From contig CAZDXV010000001.1 of assembly GCA_964509645.1 (NCBI GenBank), positions 15,890-79,889 on the forward strand: a stretch of DNA of 64,000 bases, given 5' to 3'. Origin of the DNA: an uncultured Candidatus Saccharibacteria bacterium (GTDB lineage: Bacteria; Patescibacteriota; Minisyncoccia; Minisyncoccales; GWA2-38-27). Positions 1 through 9,965 of this stretch are shown piece after piece. Position numbers and translations under genes: made by a program. The first letter of the stretch is position 1. Every line of letters starts with the position of its first letter. Under the pieces are notes generated by a model that searched no databases, was not told where the DNA came from, and saw nothing but the letters and a program-made list of their open reading frames with translations.

Positions 1-382
1 AGCTTTTAAACTTCAGGATGAGGTTCAGTGCCGATATACAGGAGGTACTGTTTTGCACGGATTTTTAGGAGAAAGAATAAATGATCCTGAAATGGCCAAA
101 GCTCTAGTTAAAAAGATTGCTGAAAAATTCCATCTGCCTTACTTTACTCTTACTCCCACCTTTTCTATTTGCCCTACTCACGGATATATTTCAGGAGAGC
201 ATTTTTACTGCCCCAAATGCGCAATTGAGCAGCCCTGCGAAGTTTACTCGAGAATAGTAGGATATATTAGGCCCGTTCAGCAGTGGAATACGGGAAAGAA
301 GCAGGAGTTCAAAGAAAGAAAAGAGTTTAAAGTAAAAGAAGTTTCTAAGAAAAAATCTCAACAGAAGAAAATTCTGTCTTAA
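1..382 (+). CDS. nrdD: Anaerobic (class III) ribonucleoside-triphosphate reductase, C-terminal part (5' truncated by window)
   Basis: Frame open from base 2; YTGGTVLH, Zn-ribbon CPTH...CPKC and glycyl-radical motif YSRIVGY; followed by activase. Confidence 0.95.
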   Translation, partial: AFKLQDEVQCRYTGGTVLHGFLGERINDPEMAKALVKKIAEKFHLPYFTLTPTFSICPTHGYISGEHFYCPKCAIEQPCEVYSRIVGYIRPVQQWNTGKKQEFKERKEFKVKEVSKKKSQQKKILS

Positions 383-431
383 TGTTTAGAAAAATATTAG
401 TTTTTACTCCGCTTGCCCGCGGAGTTTTTAT

Positions 432-1124
432 ATGAAAATAGGAGGTCTTCAAAAAAACACTTTAATAGATTATCCGGGTCTGATAGCCTGTACAGTTTTT
501 CTTTCTGGCTGCAACTTAAGATGTCCTTGGTGCTATTCTTCAGAGCTGGTTTTGCCGGAAAAAATAGAAAAACAACCGGAAATATCTAAAAAGGAGTTTT
601 TCTCTTTTTTAAAGGAAAGGAAGGGGCTTTTGGAGGGTGTTGTTGTCTGCGGAGGGGAGCCCACAACAAACAAAGAACTCCCTTCTTTTTTGAGGAGCAT
701 AAAAGAAATGGGTTTTAAAACAAAGCTTGACAGCAACGGGACGAATCCAAGTGTTTTAAAAGATTTAATAGATAAGAAGCTACTGGATTATATTGCAATG
801 GATGTAAAGCTTCCAAAAGAAAAATACCAAGAGGTTTTGGGTGTAGATCCTGAAAAAATAGACAAAAGTATTTCTATTTTAAAAGAAGGCAAAGTAGATT
901 ATGAGTTCAGAACAACTGTTGTTCCGGGCGTGCTTAAAAAAGAAGATGTTGTTGGAATCGCTCAATGGATAAAAAGAGCTAAAAAATATTATATCCAAAA
1001 CTTTAGGGCGGAAAAAACAATTGATCCTTCTTTTGAAGAAATAGAACCTTATTCTACGGAGTATTTAAAAGCCATAGAAGATATTGTCTGCCCTTGGTTC
1101 GAACTGTGCCAGATTCGTGACTAA
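432..1124 (+). CDS. nrdG: Anaerobic RNR activating enzyme (radical SAM)
   Basis: CNLRCPWC radical-SAM motif, GGEPT, N-terminal TLIDYPG; adjacent to nrdD. Confidence 0.93.
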   Translation: MKIGGLQKNTLIDYPGLIACTVFLSGCNLRCPWCYSSELVLPEKIEKQPEISKKEFFSFLKERKGLLEGVVVCGGEPTTNKELPSFLRSIKEMGFKTKLDSNGTNPSVLKDLIDKKLLDYIAMDVKLPKEKYQEVLGVDPEKIDKSISILKEGKVDYEFRTTVVPGVLKKEDVVGIAQWIKRAKKYYIQNFRAEKTIDPSFEEIEPYSTEYLKAIEDIVCPWFELCQIRD

Positions 1125-2505
1125 ATCAAAAACTCTTTTTTATCTTTCTTTAGCTTTTATTTTGGGATTGTTTTTGTCTTTGAAGTTCAATTTTCCTTTT
1201 GTGGTTTTTCTTCCTTTGCCCTTTTTGTTTTTTAAAAAACCCTCTTTGGCTATTATTGTTCTTTTTTTGCTTTTAGGCCTTTGGCGGGGATCTTTTGATT
1301 ATCATCAGGAAATAGAAAAATACCAAGGAAAAGAGGCGCTTTTAAAGGGCAGAATATCCAAAGAGCCCGATGTAAGAGAAAATAATACAAAACTTGAAAT
1401 AGAGACAGAGCAAGGAAAAGTTTTAGCTACAGTTTCTAAGTTTTCAGATTACAGCTTTGGAGATAAAGTGGAGTTTAGGGGAAAGATTTTAGCTCCTCCT
1501 GTTTTTGAAAGTTTTAATTACAAAGATTACTTGAAAAAGGATGGTATTTCTTCTGTTGTTTATTATCCCGATATAAAACTGCTGGAAAAAGGATCTTCTT
1601 TTTACAATAAGATCCTTTCTTTGAAAGAAAGAATGAGAAACGTTCTTTACGACAATCTTTCTCCTCCTCACAGCTTCGTGCTTGGAGCCATGGTTTTAGG
1701 AGATAAATCAAGAATGCCAGATTATTTAAAGGAAAAACTGAACAGATCAGGCCTTAGGCATATTACGGCAGTATCCGGGTTTCATATAGTGGTTTTATCG
1801 GGTATTCTAATGTCTTTTCTTCTGGCCTTAGGCTTTTGGCGGGGCCAGGCATTTTATCTTTCTTTTGCGGTTATGTTTCTTTTTGTAGTTTTTGTGGGAT
1901 TTCATGCTTCAGCTGTAAGAGCGGGTTTAATGGCAGCAGCTTTTTTATTAGCAGAGAAGCTGGGAAGAAAGGGATCTGGGTCAAGGATCTTAGTTTTTAT
2001 TGCGGCTTTAATGCTTCTTTTTAATCCTTTTTTACTTTTGTATGACGCCGGATTTCAGCTTTCTTTTCTGGCTGTTCTGGGAATTATTTTTTTCAACTCC
2101 TTTTTCAAGGATTTATTTTCTTTTCTCCCTTCCTTTTTTAAGGAGATTACGGCTGTGACTTTTTCAGCTCAGGTTTTCACTTTGCCTCTTTTGATTTACC
2201 AGTTCGGAACCTTTTCTTTAGCCACTCCTCTTTCCAACCTTTTTGTTCTTCCTATAGTTTATTGGATTATGATTTTGGGGTTTGTTTTTCTTTTTTTGGG
2301 TTTACTTTCCTCTTCTTTGGCTTTTATCCTTTCTTTTCCTTGTTTTATTCTCTTGTCCTATCTTTCTTTCGTGGCAGATATTTTTTCTCGCTTCTTTTTT
2401 TCCGGTCTTAAGATCCATTGGATATGGCTTTTGGCTTTTTATCTTTTTCTTTTCTTTCTCGCCTTTATTTTGAGAAAAAAGAAATTAAGCTTTCTGAGAT
2501 ATTAA
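1117..2505 (+). CDS. comEC: ComEC/Rec2 competence protein (no metallo-beta-lactamase domain)
   Basis: HITAVSGFH, SAVRAGLM, GFQLSFLAV motifs; many TM segments; probable GTG start at 1117. Confidence 0.9.
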   Translation: MTKSKTLFYLSLAFILGLFLSLKFNFPFVVFLPLPFLFFKKPSLAIIVLFLLLGLWRGSFDYHQEIEKYQGKEALLKGRISKEPDVRENNTKLEIETEQGKVLATVSKFSDYSFGDKVEFRGKILAPPVFESFNYKDYLKKDGISSVVYYPDIKLLEKGSSFYNKILSLKERMRNVLYDNLSPPHSFVLGAMVLGDKSRMPDYLKEKLNRSGLRHITAVSGFHIVVLSGILMSFLLALGFWRGQAFYLSFAVMFLFVVFVGFHASAVRAGLMAAAFLLAEKLGRKGSGSRILVFIAALMLLFNPFLLLYDAGFQLSFLAVLGIIFFNSFFKDLFSFLPSFFKEITAVTFSAQVFTLPLLIYQFGTFSLATPLSNLFVLPIVYWIMILGFVFLFLGLLSSSLAFILSFPCFILLSYLSFVADIFSRFFFSGLKIHWIWLLAFYLFLFFLAFILRKKKLSFLRY

Positions 2506-2521
2506 ATTTAAGATATAATAT

Positions 2522-3793
2522 ATGAATATGAAGAAAAAAGCTTGGGTAGTGGGCGTTAATATGGGTTACGGACATCAAAGAACGGTTCATCCATTAAGGG
2601 ATATAGCTTACGAAGGGAAAATTTTAAACGCCAACGACTATCCTAAAATTCCAAAAAAAGACAAGAGAATCTGGGTTAATACTAGAAGATTTTATGAGTT
2701 TGTTTCCAGATTAAAAGATCTTCCTTTAATAGGGAACTTTCTTTTTTCGCTTTATGACAAGCTTCAGAAAATACCCGAGTTCTATCCTAGAAGAGATCTT
2801 TCCAAGCCCATTTTAAGCATTAAGAAGATTTTTTCTACTATCGAAAAGGGATGGGGGAGAGATTTTATTGAAAGACTAAAAAAGCGCCCTCTACCCTTTG
2901 TATCCTCATTTTTTGTATCTTCTTTTATGGCAGAGGAGTTTAACTATCCAAAAAATATTTATTGTATAATATGCGATGCTGATGTTTCTAGGAGCTGGGT
3001 TTCTCTTGACCCCGAGAAAAGCAGGATAAAATACTTTGCGCCCAATAACTGGGTAGTCAACAGGTTAAAGCTTTACGGAGTTAAAGATAAAAATATACAT
3101 CTTACAGGCTTCCCTCTTCCCAAGGAAAATGCCAAAAAAGTTAAGAAAGATTTGGGCATAAGAATTGTAAAGCTCGATCCCTCAGGAGAGTACAGAGAAA
3201 AATACAGCCCCTTAATCAGAAAGTATTTGGGCAGAATTCCTTCTTCTGTTTCCCGTCCTATTACCATTCTTTTTTCAATAGGGGGAGCCGGAGCCCAAAA
3301 GGAAATGGCTTTTAAATTTGTTAAAAGTCTTTCCGATAAGATAAAGAGGGGGGAAATAAAGGTTTTTCTTTCTGCCGGAATTAGAGAAGAGGTAAGGAAT
3401 TATTTTGCCAGAGAGCTTGAGAAGGAAGGCCTAAAAGATTCTGAATTTGCTGAAATTATTTTTGATAAAGATATATGGGACTATTTTGGTAGGTTTAACA
3501 AGGCATTAAGAGAGACAGATATTCTTTGGACAAAGCCCTCAGAACTCTCTTTTTATACGGCTTTGGGTCTCCCCATGCTTTTAGCTCCTCCCATCGGATC
3601 TCAAGAGGATTTTAATAGGAAGTGGCTTTTAAGCTTGGGTTCTGGTGTTTTGCAAGAGAACCCAAAATATGCTGACCAATGGCTTATAGATTATTTAAAA
3701 AGCGGGAGGTTTGCGGAAGCTGCCATGAGGGGCTTTATATCCGCTGAAACCGAAGGAAGCTATAATATTGAAAAAATATGCTTTGGATCTTAA
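2522..3793 (+). CDS. GT-B glycosyltransferase-like protein (UgtP/MGDG-synthase-like)
   Basis: N-terminal GYGHQR and C-terminal WTKPSE...PIGSQE resemble the GxGH and TKPG...PGQE motifs of GT28-like enzymes. Confidence 0.55.
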   Translation: MNMKKKAWVVGVNMGYGHQRTVHPLRDIAYEGKILNANDYPKIPKKDKRIWVNTRRFYEFVSRLKDLPLIGNFLFSLYDKLQKIPEFYPRRDLSKPILSIKKIFSTIEKGWGRDFIERLKKRPLPFVSSFFVSSFMAEEFNYPKNIYCIICDADVSRSWVSLDPEKSRIKYFAPNNWVVNRLKLYGVKDKNIHLTGFPLPKENAKKVKKDLGIRIVKLDPSGEYREKYSPLIRKYLGRIPSSVSRPITILFSIGGAGAQKEMAFKFVKSLSDKIKRGEIKVFLSAGIREEVRNYFARELEKEGLKDSEFAEIIFDKDIWDYFGRFNKALRETDILWTKPSELSFYTALGLPMLLAPPIGSQEDFNRKWLLSLGSGVLQENPKYADQWLIDYLKSGRFAEAAMRGFISAETEGSYNIEKICFGS

Positions 3794-4683
3794 TTATAAT
3801 CTCAGCCTATTTTCTTTTTTCTATTAATTCTTTAGGGGACCGCTACCTTCTTATAGGTTCTCCCAATCCCAAAAACTACTCTTTTTACGTAGGAGTTCTC
3901 GGAGTTTTAGCGGTTGCTTTGATTCCTTTTGTGAGTTTTTCTTTAATTTCTTTTCTAGAACTTTTGCTTTGCTTTTTAGCCGGAGCTGTCTTTGTTCTCT
4001 TTATCTTCTCTATTTTTACCGGGCTGGAAAAATACGAAGCTGCTACCGTCGTACCCGCTTTCGGAGGCCTTCTTCCCGTTTTTACTTTTGCTTTAACTTT
4101 TTTCTTTTCCGGGGGAAATACGGTTCTAGGGGGCTGGAATCTTGTCTCCTTCTTTGTTTTGATTATTGGCAGCTTCTTGATTACCAGAGATCCGGTAAAA
4201 GAGTTTTCTTTGGGAGCTTTAAAAATTGCTTTTGTTATAGCTTTGTCTGCTTCCCTTTATTTTCTTTTGGCAAAATATGTTTATCTCCTTTTAGGTTTTT
4301 GGACAGGGTTTATCTGGATGAGAATAGGAACATTTTTAACGGCGTTGCTCTTTATCTTTTTTAAAGATGTAAGAGAAGATATTTTCAGGAAAAAGCCTGC
4401 CTTTAACAAAAAAACAGGATCTCTTTTTCTTTTTATCCAGCTTATCGGAGCCCTGGCTTTTGTTCTTCAGAACTGGGCGGTTGATTTGGCGGGCATGGTT
4501 TTTCTGCCTGTAATCAACGCTTTAATGGGAATTCAGTACGTATTTTTGTTTCTTTTCTCTTTTCTTCTTTCCTTTAAGTATCCCAGAATTTTAAAAGAGA
4601 AGATTTCAAAGAAAAAGGTCTTAAGAAAAGCTTTGGCTATATTTCTGATAGCCGGAGGATTAGTTTTGCTGTCCCTAAAATGA
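3778..4683 (+). CDS. DMT/EamA-like membrane transporter
   Basis: About 10 hydrophobic helices in two repeats, 301 aa. Confidence 0.6.
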   Translation: MLWILIIISAYFLFSINSLGDRYLLIGSPNPKNYSFYVGVLGVLAVALIPFVSFSLISFLELLLCFLAGAVFVLFIFSIFTGLEKYEAATVVPAFGGLLPVFTFALTFFFSGGNTVLGGWNLVSFFVLIIGSFLITRDPVKEFSLGALKIAFVIALSASLYFLLAKYVYLLLGFWTGFIWMRIGTFLTALLFIFFKDVREDIFRKKPAFNKKTGSLFLFIQLIGALAFVLQNWAVDLAGMVFLPVINALMGIQYVFLFLFSFLLSFKYPRILKEKISKKKVLRKALAIFLIAGGLVLLSLK

Positions 4684-5711
4684 AGATTTTAAAAAACAGC
4701 TTAATTATTTTTTTATTCTGTCTTGTTGCAGGCCTTCTTTTATCAGGATATATTTTTAAAGAAAAGGACGATATTATTATAGAAAAAGATCTTTTGGAAA
4801 ACCTTTCTTTGGAACAGAAAATAGGGCAGCTTTTTATAATAGGAATAGAGGGCAAAGAATTAGACGAGAAAACTGAGCGTTTGATGCGGGAAGTAAAGCC
4901 CGGAGGGATTCTTCTTCTAGGAAGAAACATTGAGAATAAAGAACAGCTCAAAAAGCTTGTTTCCTCTCTTCAAGAGATCTCGTTAGCTGAGACAGGTTTT
5001 CCTCTTTTTGTGGCAGCAGATCAAGAAGGAGGATTAATTTCCCGCCTTTCTTGGGTAGAAAGCACTCCCCAGTCTGAAGTTGGAGATGGGTATGAAACAG
5101 GACTTTTAAGGGGAAAGCAGTTAAAAGATTCAGGTGTTAATTTAAACTTGGCTCCTCTAGTGGAGAAAGCTTTTCTTTCCGACTTTATTTACGAGAGATC
5201 TTTTCAGGCAGAAGACAGGGAAGCTATCGAGAAAGCCTCAGGCCTGGTTAAGGGACAGAAGGAAGCCGGAATCCTAACCTGCGTTAAGCATTTTCCGGGA
5301 TACACAGGGATTGATTTTAATCCAGAAGAAGATTTAGCTTTTAAAGAAAAGATTCCTTCTCTTCATCGTTTTAGAGAGGTTTTAAAAGAAGGTCCTGAGA
5401 TGGTAATGATTTCCAACGCTGTTTACGGAGATGAAATTTTTTCAAAAAACGTTTTTAATCTTTTGAATTCAGATCTTGTTGTGATAACGGACGATTTATC
5501 TCAAAACTCTCTTTTAAAGGAGCTTTCTTTGAAAGAGATCGTGGTTTCTCCTTTTTTGGCAGGATCCGACATCCTTCTTTTTTCCGGCTGGAGATCTCCC
5601 GTAAAAGAGGGGATTGAGGTTTTTAAAGAAGCCTTTGAGGAAGGGAAGATTGCAGAAGAAAGGATTGATTCTTCTGTTTTAAAAATACTAGAATTAAAAA
5701 ATGAAATTTAA
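4680..5711 (+). CDS. Glycoside hydrolase family 3 N-terminal domain protein (NagZ-like), membrane-anchored
   Basis: SLEQKIGQL, ADQEGG, NLNLAP, KHFPG, TDDL motifs. Confidence 0.85.
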   Translation: MKILKNSLIIFLFCLVAGLLLSGYIFKEKDDIIIEKDLLENLSLEQKIGQLFIIGIEGKELDEKTERLMREVKPGGILLLGRNIENKEQLKKLVSSLQEISLAETGFPLFVAADQEGGLISRLSWVESTPQSEVGDGYETGLLRGKQLKDSGVNLNLAPLVEKAFLSDFIYERSFQAEDREAIEKASGLVKGQKEAGILTCVKHFPGYTGIDFNPEEDLAFKEKIPSLHRFREVLKEGPEMVMISNAVYGDEIFSKNVFNLLNSDLVVITDDLSQNSLLKELSLKEIVVSPFLAGSDILLFSGWRSPVKEGIEVFKEAFEEGKIAEERIDSSVLKILELKNEI

Positions 5712-6690
5712 AACAGTTTTTGTCATATTTTTATTTCTAGTTTTAGGTTTTATTATTTTCTTTTTTATAGGTTTTTCTGAAAAAGAAGAAGATATTTTGT
5801 GGGGAGTCAGCTTTTCTGAAAAGCATTCTTCTCAGATGGGTTTTGATTGGAAGAAAAATTATTCATCTTTGCTGGACGATTTAAATATTAAAAGAATTAA
5901 AGTAGCGGCTCACTGGGATCTTTTAGAGCCAGAGAAAGACGAATTCTTTTTTGACAATCTGGATTGGCAGATTAAAGAAGCGGAAAAAAGGGGAGCTAAG
6001 GTTATGCTGATTTTAGGGATAAAGACCTCTAGATGGCCTGAATGCCATATTCCTTCCTGGGTTTTAAAGCTTGAAGAGCAAGAACAAAAAGAACGAGTTT
6101 TAAACTTAATAGAAAAGACAGTTTCAAGGTATAAAAAAGAGGAAGCTGTTTGGGCTTGGCAGGTAGAAAACGAGCCCTTTTTCCGTTTCGGAGAATGCCC
6201 CTGGGAGATAGACGAGGATTTTTTGAAAAAAGAGATAGCCAGAGTTAAGTTCTTCGACTCCTTAAAAAGACCTGTTGTTGTTTCAGAGTCCGGCGAGTTT
6301 TCTTTTTGGTTTAAGGCAGCTAAGCTTGGTGATGTTGTTGGGACTACTCTTTACAGAAAGGTCTGGTCGGATCAGCTAAAAAGACATTTTACCCATATTT
6401 TTCCTCCTCTGTTTTATTCCAGAAAAGCTTCTCTTGTTAATTGGCTTTTCGGCAAAAAAGTTATTTGCGTTGAAATGCAGGCAGAACCTTGGGGACCCAG
6501 GCTTTTATATGATTCTCCCTTAGAAGAGCAGTTAAAAAGCATGGATCTTAACCAGCTAAAAGAAAATATATCTTTTGCTAAAAAAACAGGCTTTAAAGAG
6601 ATTTATCTATGGGGAGGAGAGTGGTGGTATTGGATGAAAGAAAGGGGAGACCCCCGTTTTTGGGAGGAAATTAAAAGATTAACAGAATAA
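5701..6690 (+). CDS. Clan GH-A glycoside hydrolase (GH5/GH42-like TIM barrel), N-terminal anchor
   Basis: WDLLEP, WQVENEP (acid/base) and EMQAEPW (nucleophile-like) motifs. Confidence 0.7.
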   Translation: MKFKTVFVIFLFLVLGFIIFFFIGFSEKEEDILWGVSFSEKHSSQMGFDWKKNYSSLLDDLNIKRIKVAAHWDLLEPEKDEFFFDNLDWQIKEAEKRGAKVMLILGIKTSRWPECHIPSWVLKLEEQEQKERVLNLIEKTVSRYKKEEAVWAWQVENEPFFRFGECPWEIDEDFLKKEIARVKFFDSLKRPVVVSESGEFSFWFKAAKLGDVVGTTLYRKVWSDQLKRHFTHIFPPLFYSRKASLVNWLFGKKVICVEMQAEPWGPRLLYDSPLEEQLKSMDLNQLKENISFAKKTGFKEIYLWGGEWWYWMKERGDPRFWEEIKRLTE

Positions 6691-6727
6691 GTTTATCTTT
6701 TTTAAAAGATAATGTATAGTGAACTTG

Positions 6728-7429
6728 ATGTTAAGCATTGTCATACCTTCTTTAAATGAAGAAAAAGAACTTTCTTCTCTGCTAGACTCCATTAAAGCTC
6801 AGGGCTTTTCAGATTATGAGATAATTTTAGCTGACGCAGGATCCAGAGATAAAACCCTTGATATTGCCAAAGAGTACGGGTGTAAAATAATCAAAGGGGG
6901 CCTTCCTGCTCAAGGAAGGAATAAAGGAGCTTCTGTTTCTTCGGGAGAAATTATCCTTTTTCTTGACGCTGACGTAGTTTTGCCTCCCGCTTTTCTGAGT
7001 TCCGCTTTAAAGGAGTTTAAAAAGAGAAAGCTTGATATCGCTTCCTTTAATTTGCTTCCTAAAAAAAGAGGTTCTTTTCTTTTTAATTTTTTCTATAATC
7101 GGCCCATGATTTTCTTGGAAAAAGTTCTGCCTCATGCCGCTATGGGAATTTTAGTTAAAAAAGATGTTTTTGAGAAAATAGGAGGGTTTGACGAAACAAT
7201 AAAAATGGCAGAAGATCATGAATTTGCCAGGAGAGGAAAAAAAATAGCTAGCTACGGGGTAATAAGGTCTGTTCCTCTTTTTGTATCCGAAAGAAGATTT
7301 GAAAAAGAGGGCTGGATTAAAACAGCTTTAAAGTATCTGTTTTACGAGCTTTACACTATCTTTATAGGACCTATAAAATCGGACAAGGTTGCAAATCTTG
7401 ACGACTATTTTAAAAACAGAAAGAAATAA
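6728..7429 (+). CDS. Glycosyltransferase family 2
   Basis: SIVIPSLNEE, DAGSRD, FLDAD, GGFDE..AED motifs. Confidence 0.9.
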   Translation: MLSIVIPSLNEEKELSSLLDSIKAQGFSDYEIILADAGSRDKTLDIAKEYGCKIIKGGLPAQGRNKGASVSSGEIILFLDADVVLPPAFLSSALKEFKKRKLDIASFNLLPKKRGSFLFNFFYNRPMIFLEKVLPHAAMGILVKKDVFEKIGGFDETIKMAEDHEFARRGKKIASYGVIRSVPLFVSERRFEKEGWIKTALKYLFYELYTIFIGPIKSDKVANLDDYFKNRKK

Positions 7430-7446
7430 GTTATAATAATATAATT

Positions 7447-8730
7447 ATGTACGAACTCCCCGTTTTTAAAAAAAAGAAATCTTCTTTAAAAAAACTTAAA
7501 AAAAAGAAAACTGTTCTTTTTGCCTTTTTGATTATTATATTTTCTTCTGTTTTCGGTTTTGGAGCAGGAGTTCTTTCTATCTATTATTTTGTTCCCCAAT
7601 CTAGAGATATTATCGGGAAAGATTTGGGCATTCCTAGAATAGTGGAAAAGGAGACCGTAATAGAATATGTTCCTCAGACCACCCACGAGGAAGCTATTAT
7701 CCAATCTGTTAAGGAAGTATCTCCTGCGGTAGTAAGCATTGTTATTTCAAAAGATGTTCCTGTGATAGAAAGAAGAATTGAAGAGTTTGGCCCTTTTGAG
7801 ATAGAAGTTCCAGAACAAAAAGGGTTTGAAAGACAGGAGATCGGAGGAGGAACCGGATTTATTGTTTCAGAAGAGGGGCTGGTTCTTACTAATAAGCACG
7901 TTGTTCTAGATGAGGAAGCAGAATATACTGTTTTTTTTAAAAACGGAGATAGGTATCCTGCCAGGGTCTTGGCTAAAGATCCTTTTCAGGATATAGCTGT
8001 TCTTAAGATAGCTCAGGAAGAAAGGGTAAATGAAAAAGGAGAGATTACCAGAGAAAAGTTTCCTACAGTAAAACTAGGAGATTCTGACAGCTTGAAAATG
8101 GGGCAGACAGTAATAGCCATAGGAAATGCTTTGGGAGAATTTAAAAACACGGTTTCTGTGGGGGTTGTTTCCGGCTTGGGAAGAACTGTTACAGCTTCTG
8201 GCGGAGATTTTGTGGAAACTTTAGAGAATGTTATTCAGACAGACGCCGCTATTAACAGGGGAAACTCAGGAGGGCCTCTTTTGAATCTTAACAAAGAAGT
8301 AATAGGAATAAATACAGCAATGGTTAATCAGGCTCAAAGCATAGGTTTTGCTATTCCAATCAACAAAGCTAAAAGAGACATAGACCAAGTTCAAAAACAG
8401 GGGAAAATTGTCTATCCATTTTTAGGGGTACGCTACACCTTAATTACAGAAGAAATTAAAGAGTTAGAAGAACTTCCAATTGATTACGGAGCTTTGATTG
8501 TAGCAGGTTCACAGGGAGAACCTGCTGTAGTGGAAGACTCTGCTGCTAGCAGAGCGGACCTTAAAGAAGGAGATATTATTTTGAGAATAAACGGAGAAGA
8601 GATTAGACAAGAAAATTCTTTGGGAGATCTTGTAAGGTTATACAACCCGGGAGAAAGGATAACTTTAAGGATTTTAAGAAACGGACAGGAATTTGATCAG
8701 GACATAATTTTAGGAGAGAAGAGCGGATAA
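7447..8730 (+). CDS. htrA: HtrA/DegP-type serine protease with PDZ domain
   Basis: Complete triad: TNKHVV, DIAVLK, GNSGGPL; C-terminal PDZ; N-terminal TM. Confidence 0.92.
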   Translation: MYELPVFKKKKSSLKKLKKKKTVLFAFLIIIFSSVFGFGAGVLSIYYFVPQSRDIIGKDLGIPRIVEKETVIEYVPQTTHEEAIIQSVKEVSPAVVSIVISKDVPVIERRIEEFGPFEIEVPEQKGFERQEIGGGTGFIVSEEGLVLTNKHVVLDEEAEYTVFFKNGDRYPARVLAKDPFQDIAVLKIAQEERVNEKGEITREKFPTVKLGDSDSLKMGQTVIAIGNALGEFKNTVSVGVVSGLGRTVTASGGDFVETLENVIQTDAAINRGNSGGPLLNLNKEVIGINTAMVNQAQSIGFAIPINKAKRDIDQVQKQGKIVYPFLGVRYTLITEEIKELEELPIDYGALIVAGSQGEPAVVEDSAASRADLKEGDIILRINGEEIRQENSLGDLVRLYNPGERITLRILRNGQEFDQDIILGEKSG

Positions 8731-8776
8731 TTTTGAGTTCTTTTTAAATAAAGCTCTTTCAAAAAAGGAGAAAAAA

Positions 8777-9403
8777 ATGAAAAACGCGTCAAAACTTGCT
8801 GTGTTTTGCTGGGAAGTTTGCATTTTTTTGGTCTTATTCTTTGCTCTTTGGTGGTTTTTCATTTCGGCAGAAATAATAGAGCCGGTGGAAGAGATTACGA
8901 TAAACGAAAAATCTTTTAGAATGCCATTTGTATTTTCTCGATGGCTGGATTTTATTGCCCTTTCTTTTTTCTGGTTGATTCCTCTTTCTGCTTTGGTATT
9001 TTTTCAGAAACTGGAAGACGAGGTAGCCTTAAGGGATTTCGGTATCGTTATGGGGATTATGATGGCCATACTCTCTTTCAGCCTTTTTTTTCTGGTAGAG
9101 AACCCCTTTATTTTCATAGCTTTCTTTGCTTTGATTTTTCCCTTTCTGTTTGCTTTTTTAACTAGGTTTCTTTACGGAGAGATGGGTCTTTCCTGGAACA
9201 TGAATCTGAGGTTTTCCGTAACATTCCTTATTGTTCCCGGATTTTGTTGGGGCTTTCCTTTTATGATTCTTTTTTTTGTAGGCTCCTGGGTCGTCTTTCT
9301 TGCTGGAATCTGTCTGGATCTTTTAATCCGTGGAGTGAAAGCTTTAAGACTGATTATTCAATATGGAAAGGACTGGAGAAACTATTCTTCTTTGATGGTC
9401 TAA
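8777..9403 (+). CDS. Hypothetical multi-pass membrane protein
   Basis: AAGGAG SD, hydrophobic ORF, own terminator. Confidence 0.7.
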   Translation: MKNASKLAVFCWEVCIFLVLFFALWWFFISAEIIEPVEEITINEKSFRMPFVFSRWLDFIALSFFWLIPLSALVFFQKLEDEVALRDFGIVMGIMMAILSFSLFFLVENPFIFIAFFALIFPFLFAFLTRFLYGEMGLSWNMNLRFSVTFLIVPGFCWGFPFMILFFVGSWVVFLAGICLDLLIRGVKALRLIIQYGKDWRNYSSLMV

Positions 9404-9406
9404 GTT

Positions 9407-9437
9407 AAAGAGCTTCAGGTTTTAACTGAAGCTCTTT
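9407..9437 (+). terminator. Intrinsic terminator hairpin
   Basis: 12-bp stem AAAGAGCTTCAG/CTGAAGCTCTTT right after stop. Confidence 0.75.
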
Positions 9438-9441
9438 CTAT

Positions 9442-9469
9442 TTGACATTATTTTTAAAAAGAGTATACT
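9442..9469 (+). promoter_or_regulatory. Sigma70-type promoter
   Basis: TTGACA-16bp-TATACT. Confidence 0.7.
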
Positions 9470-9511
9470 TTGTAATTAGGTATCTAAGAACTCTAAATAA
9501 GGAGAGAAGAC

Positions 9512-9844
9512 ATGCTGCGATCGCAAGAAAGAGGAGAATCTCATTTTTTTCAGGGTGATTTTGTTTTAGAAGGACAGGGGGGTTTGAAGGATATTTCCGT
9601 GGGAGGGGCCTGCATTAAAGTGACTCACCCTCTTCCCGTGGGAAAGATTATTAGTCTGGAGATTAAGCTGCCAGAAGAATCTTTTAGTGCGCAATCTGAG
9701 GTGAGATGGTGCTCAAAAGAGGGAACAGACTATTTAGTTGGGCTTCAGTTTATGGACCTTGAAGAAAAAGAGAAGGAAATCATCCAGGTCTTAGTTTCTG
9801 TTCTTAAAAAATTAACCTCCGCAAAAAATCCGGAGGTAAATTAA
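9512..9844 (+). CDS. Stand-alone PilZ domain protein
   Basis: DISVGGA, EVRWC, VGLQF motifs; AAGGAG SD. Confidence 0.85.
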   Translation: MLRSQERGESHFFQGDFVLEGQGGLKDISVGGACIKVTHPLPVGKIISLEIKLPEESFSAQSEVRWCSKEGTDYLVGLQFMDLEEKEKEIIQVLVSVLKKLTSAKNPEVN

Positions 9845-9899
9845 AGCACAAGGGACACCCCCCTTGAGCTTTTTCCCCCGGAGTCAACCCTTCGGGAAG

Positions 9900-9926
9900 G
9901 CCCCTCACTACTAAATGAGGGGCTTT
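9900..9926 (+). terminator. Intrinsic terminator
   Basis: GCCCCTCA/TGAGGGGC stem followed by TTTT. Confidence 0.75.
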
Positions 9927-9929
9927 TAT

Positions 9930-9957
9930 TTGACATTTTTTTTAGGAGGAATAAAAT
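9930..9957 (+). promoter_or_regulatory. Sigma70-type promoter
   Basis: TTGACA-16bp-TAAAAT. Confidence 0.65.
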
Positions 9958-9965
9958 AATTACAG

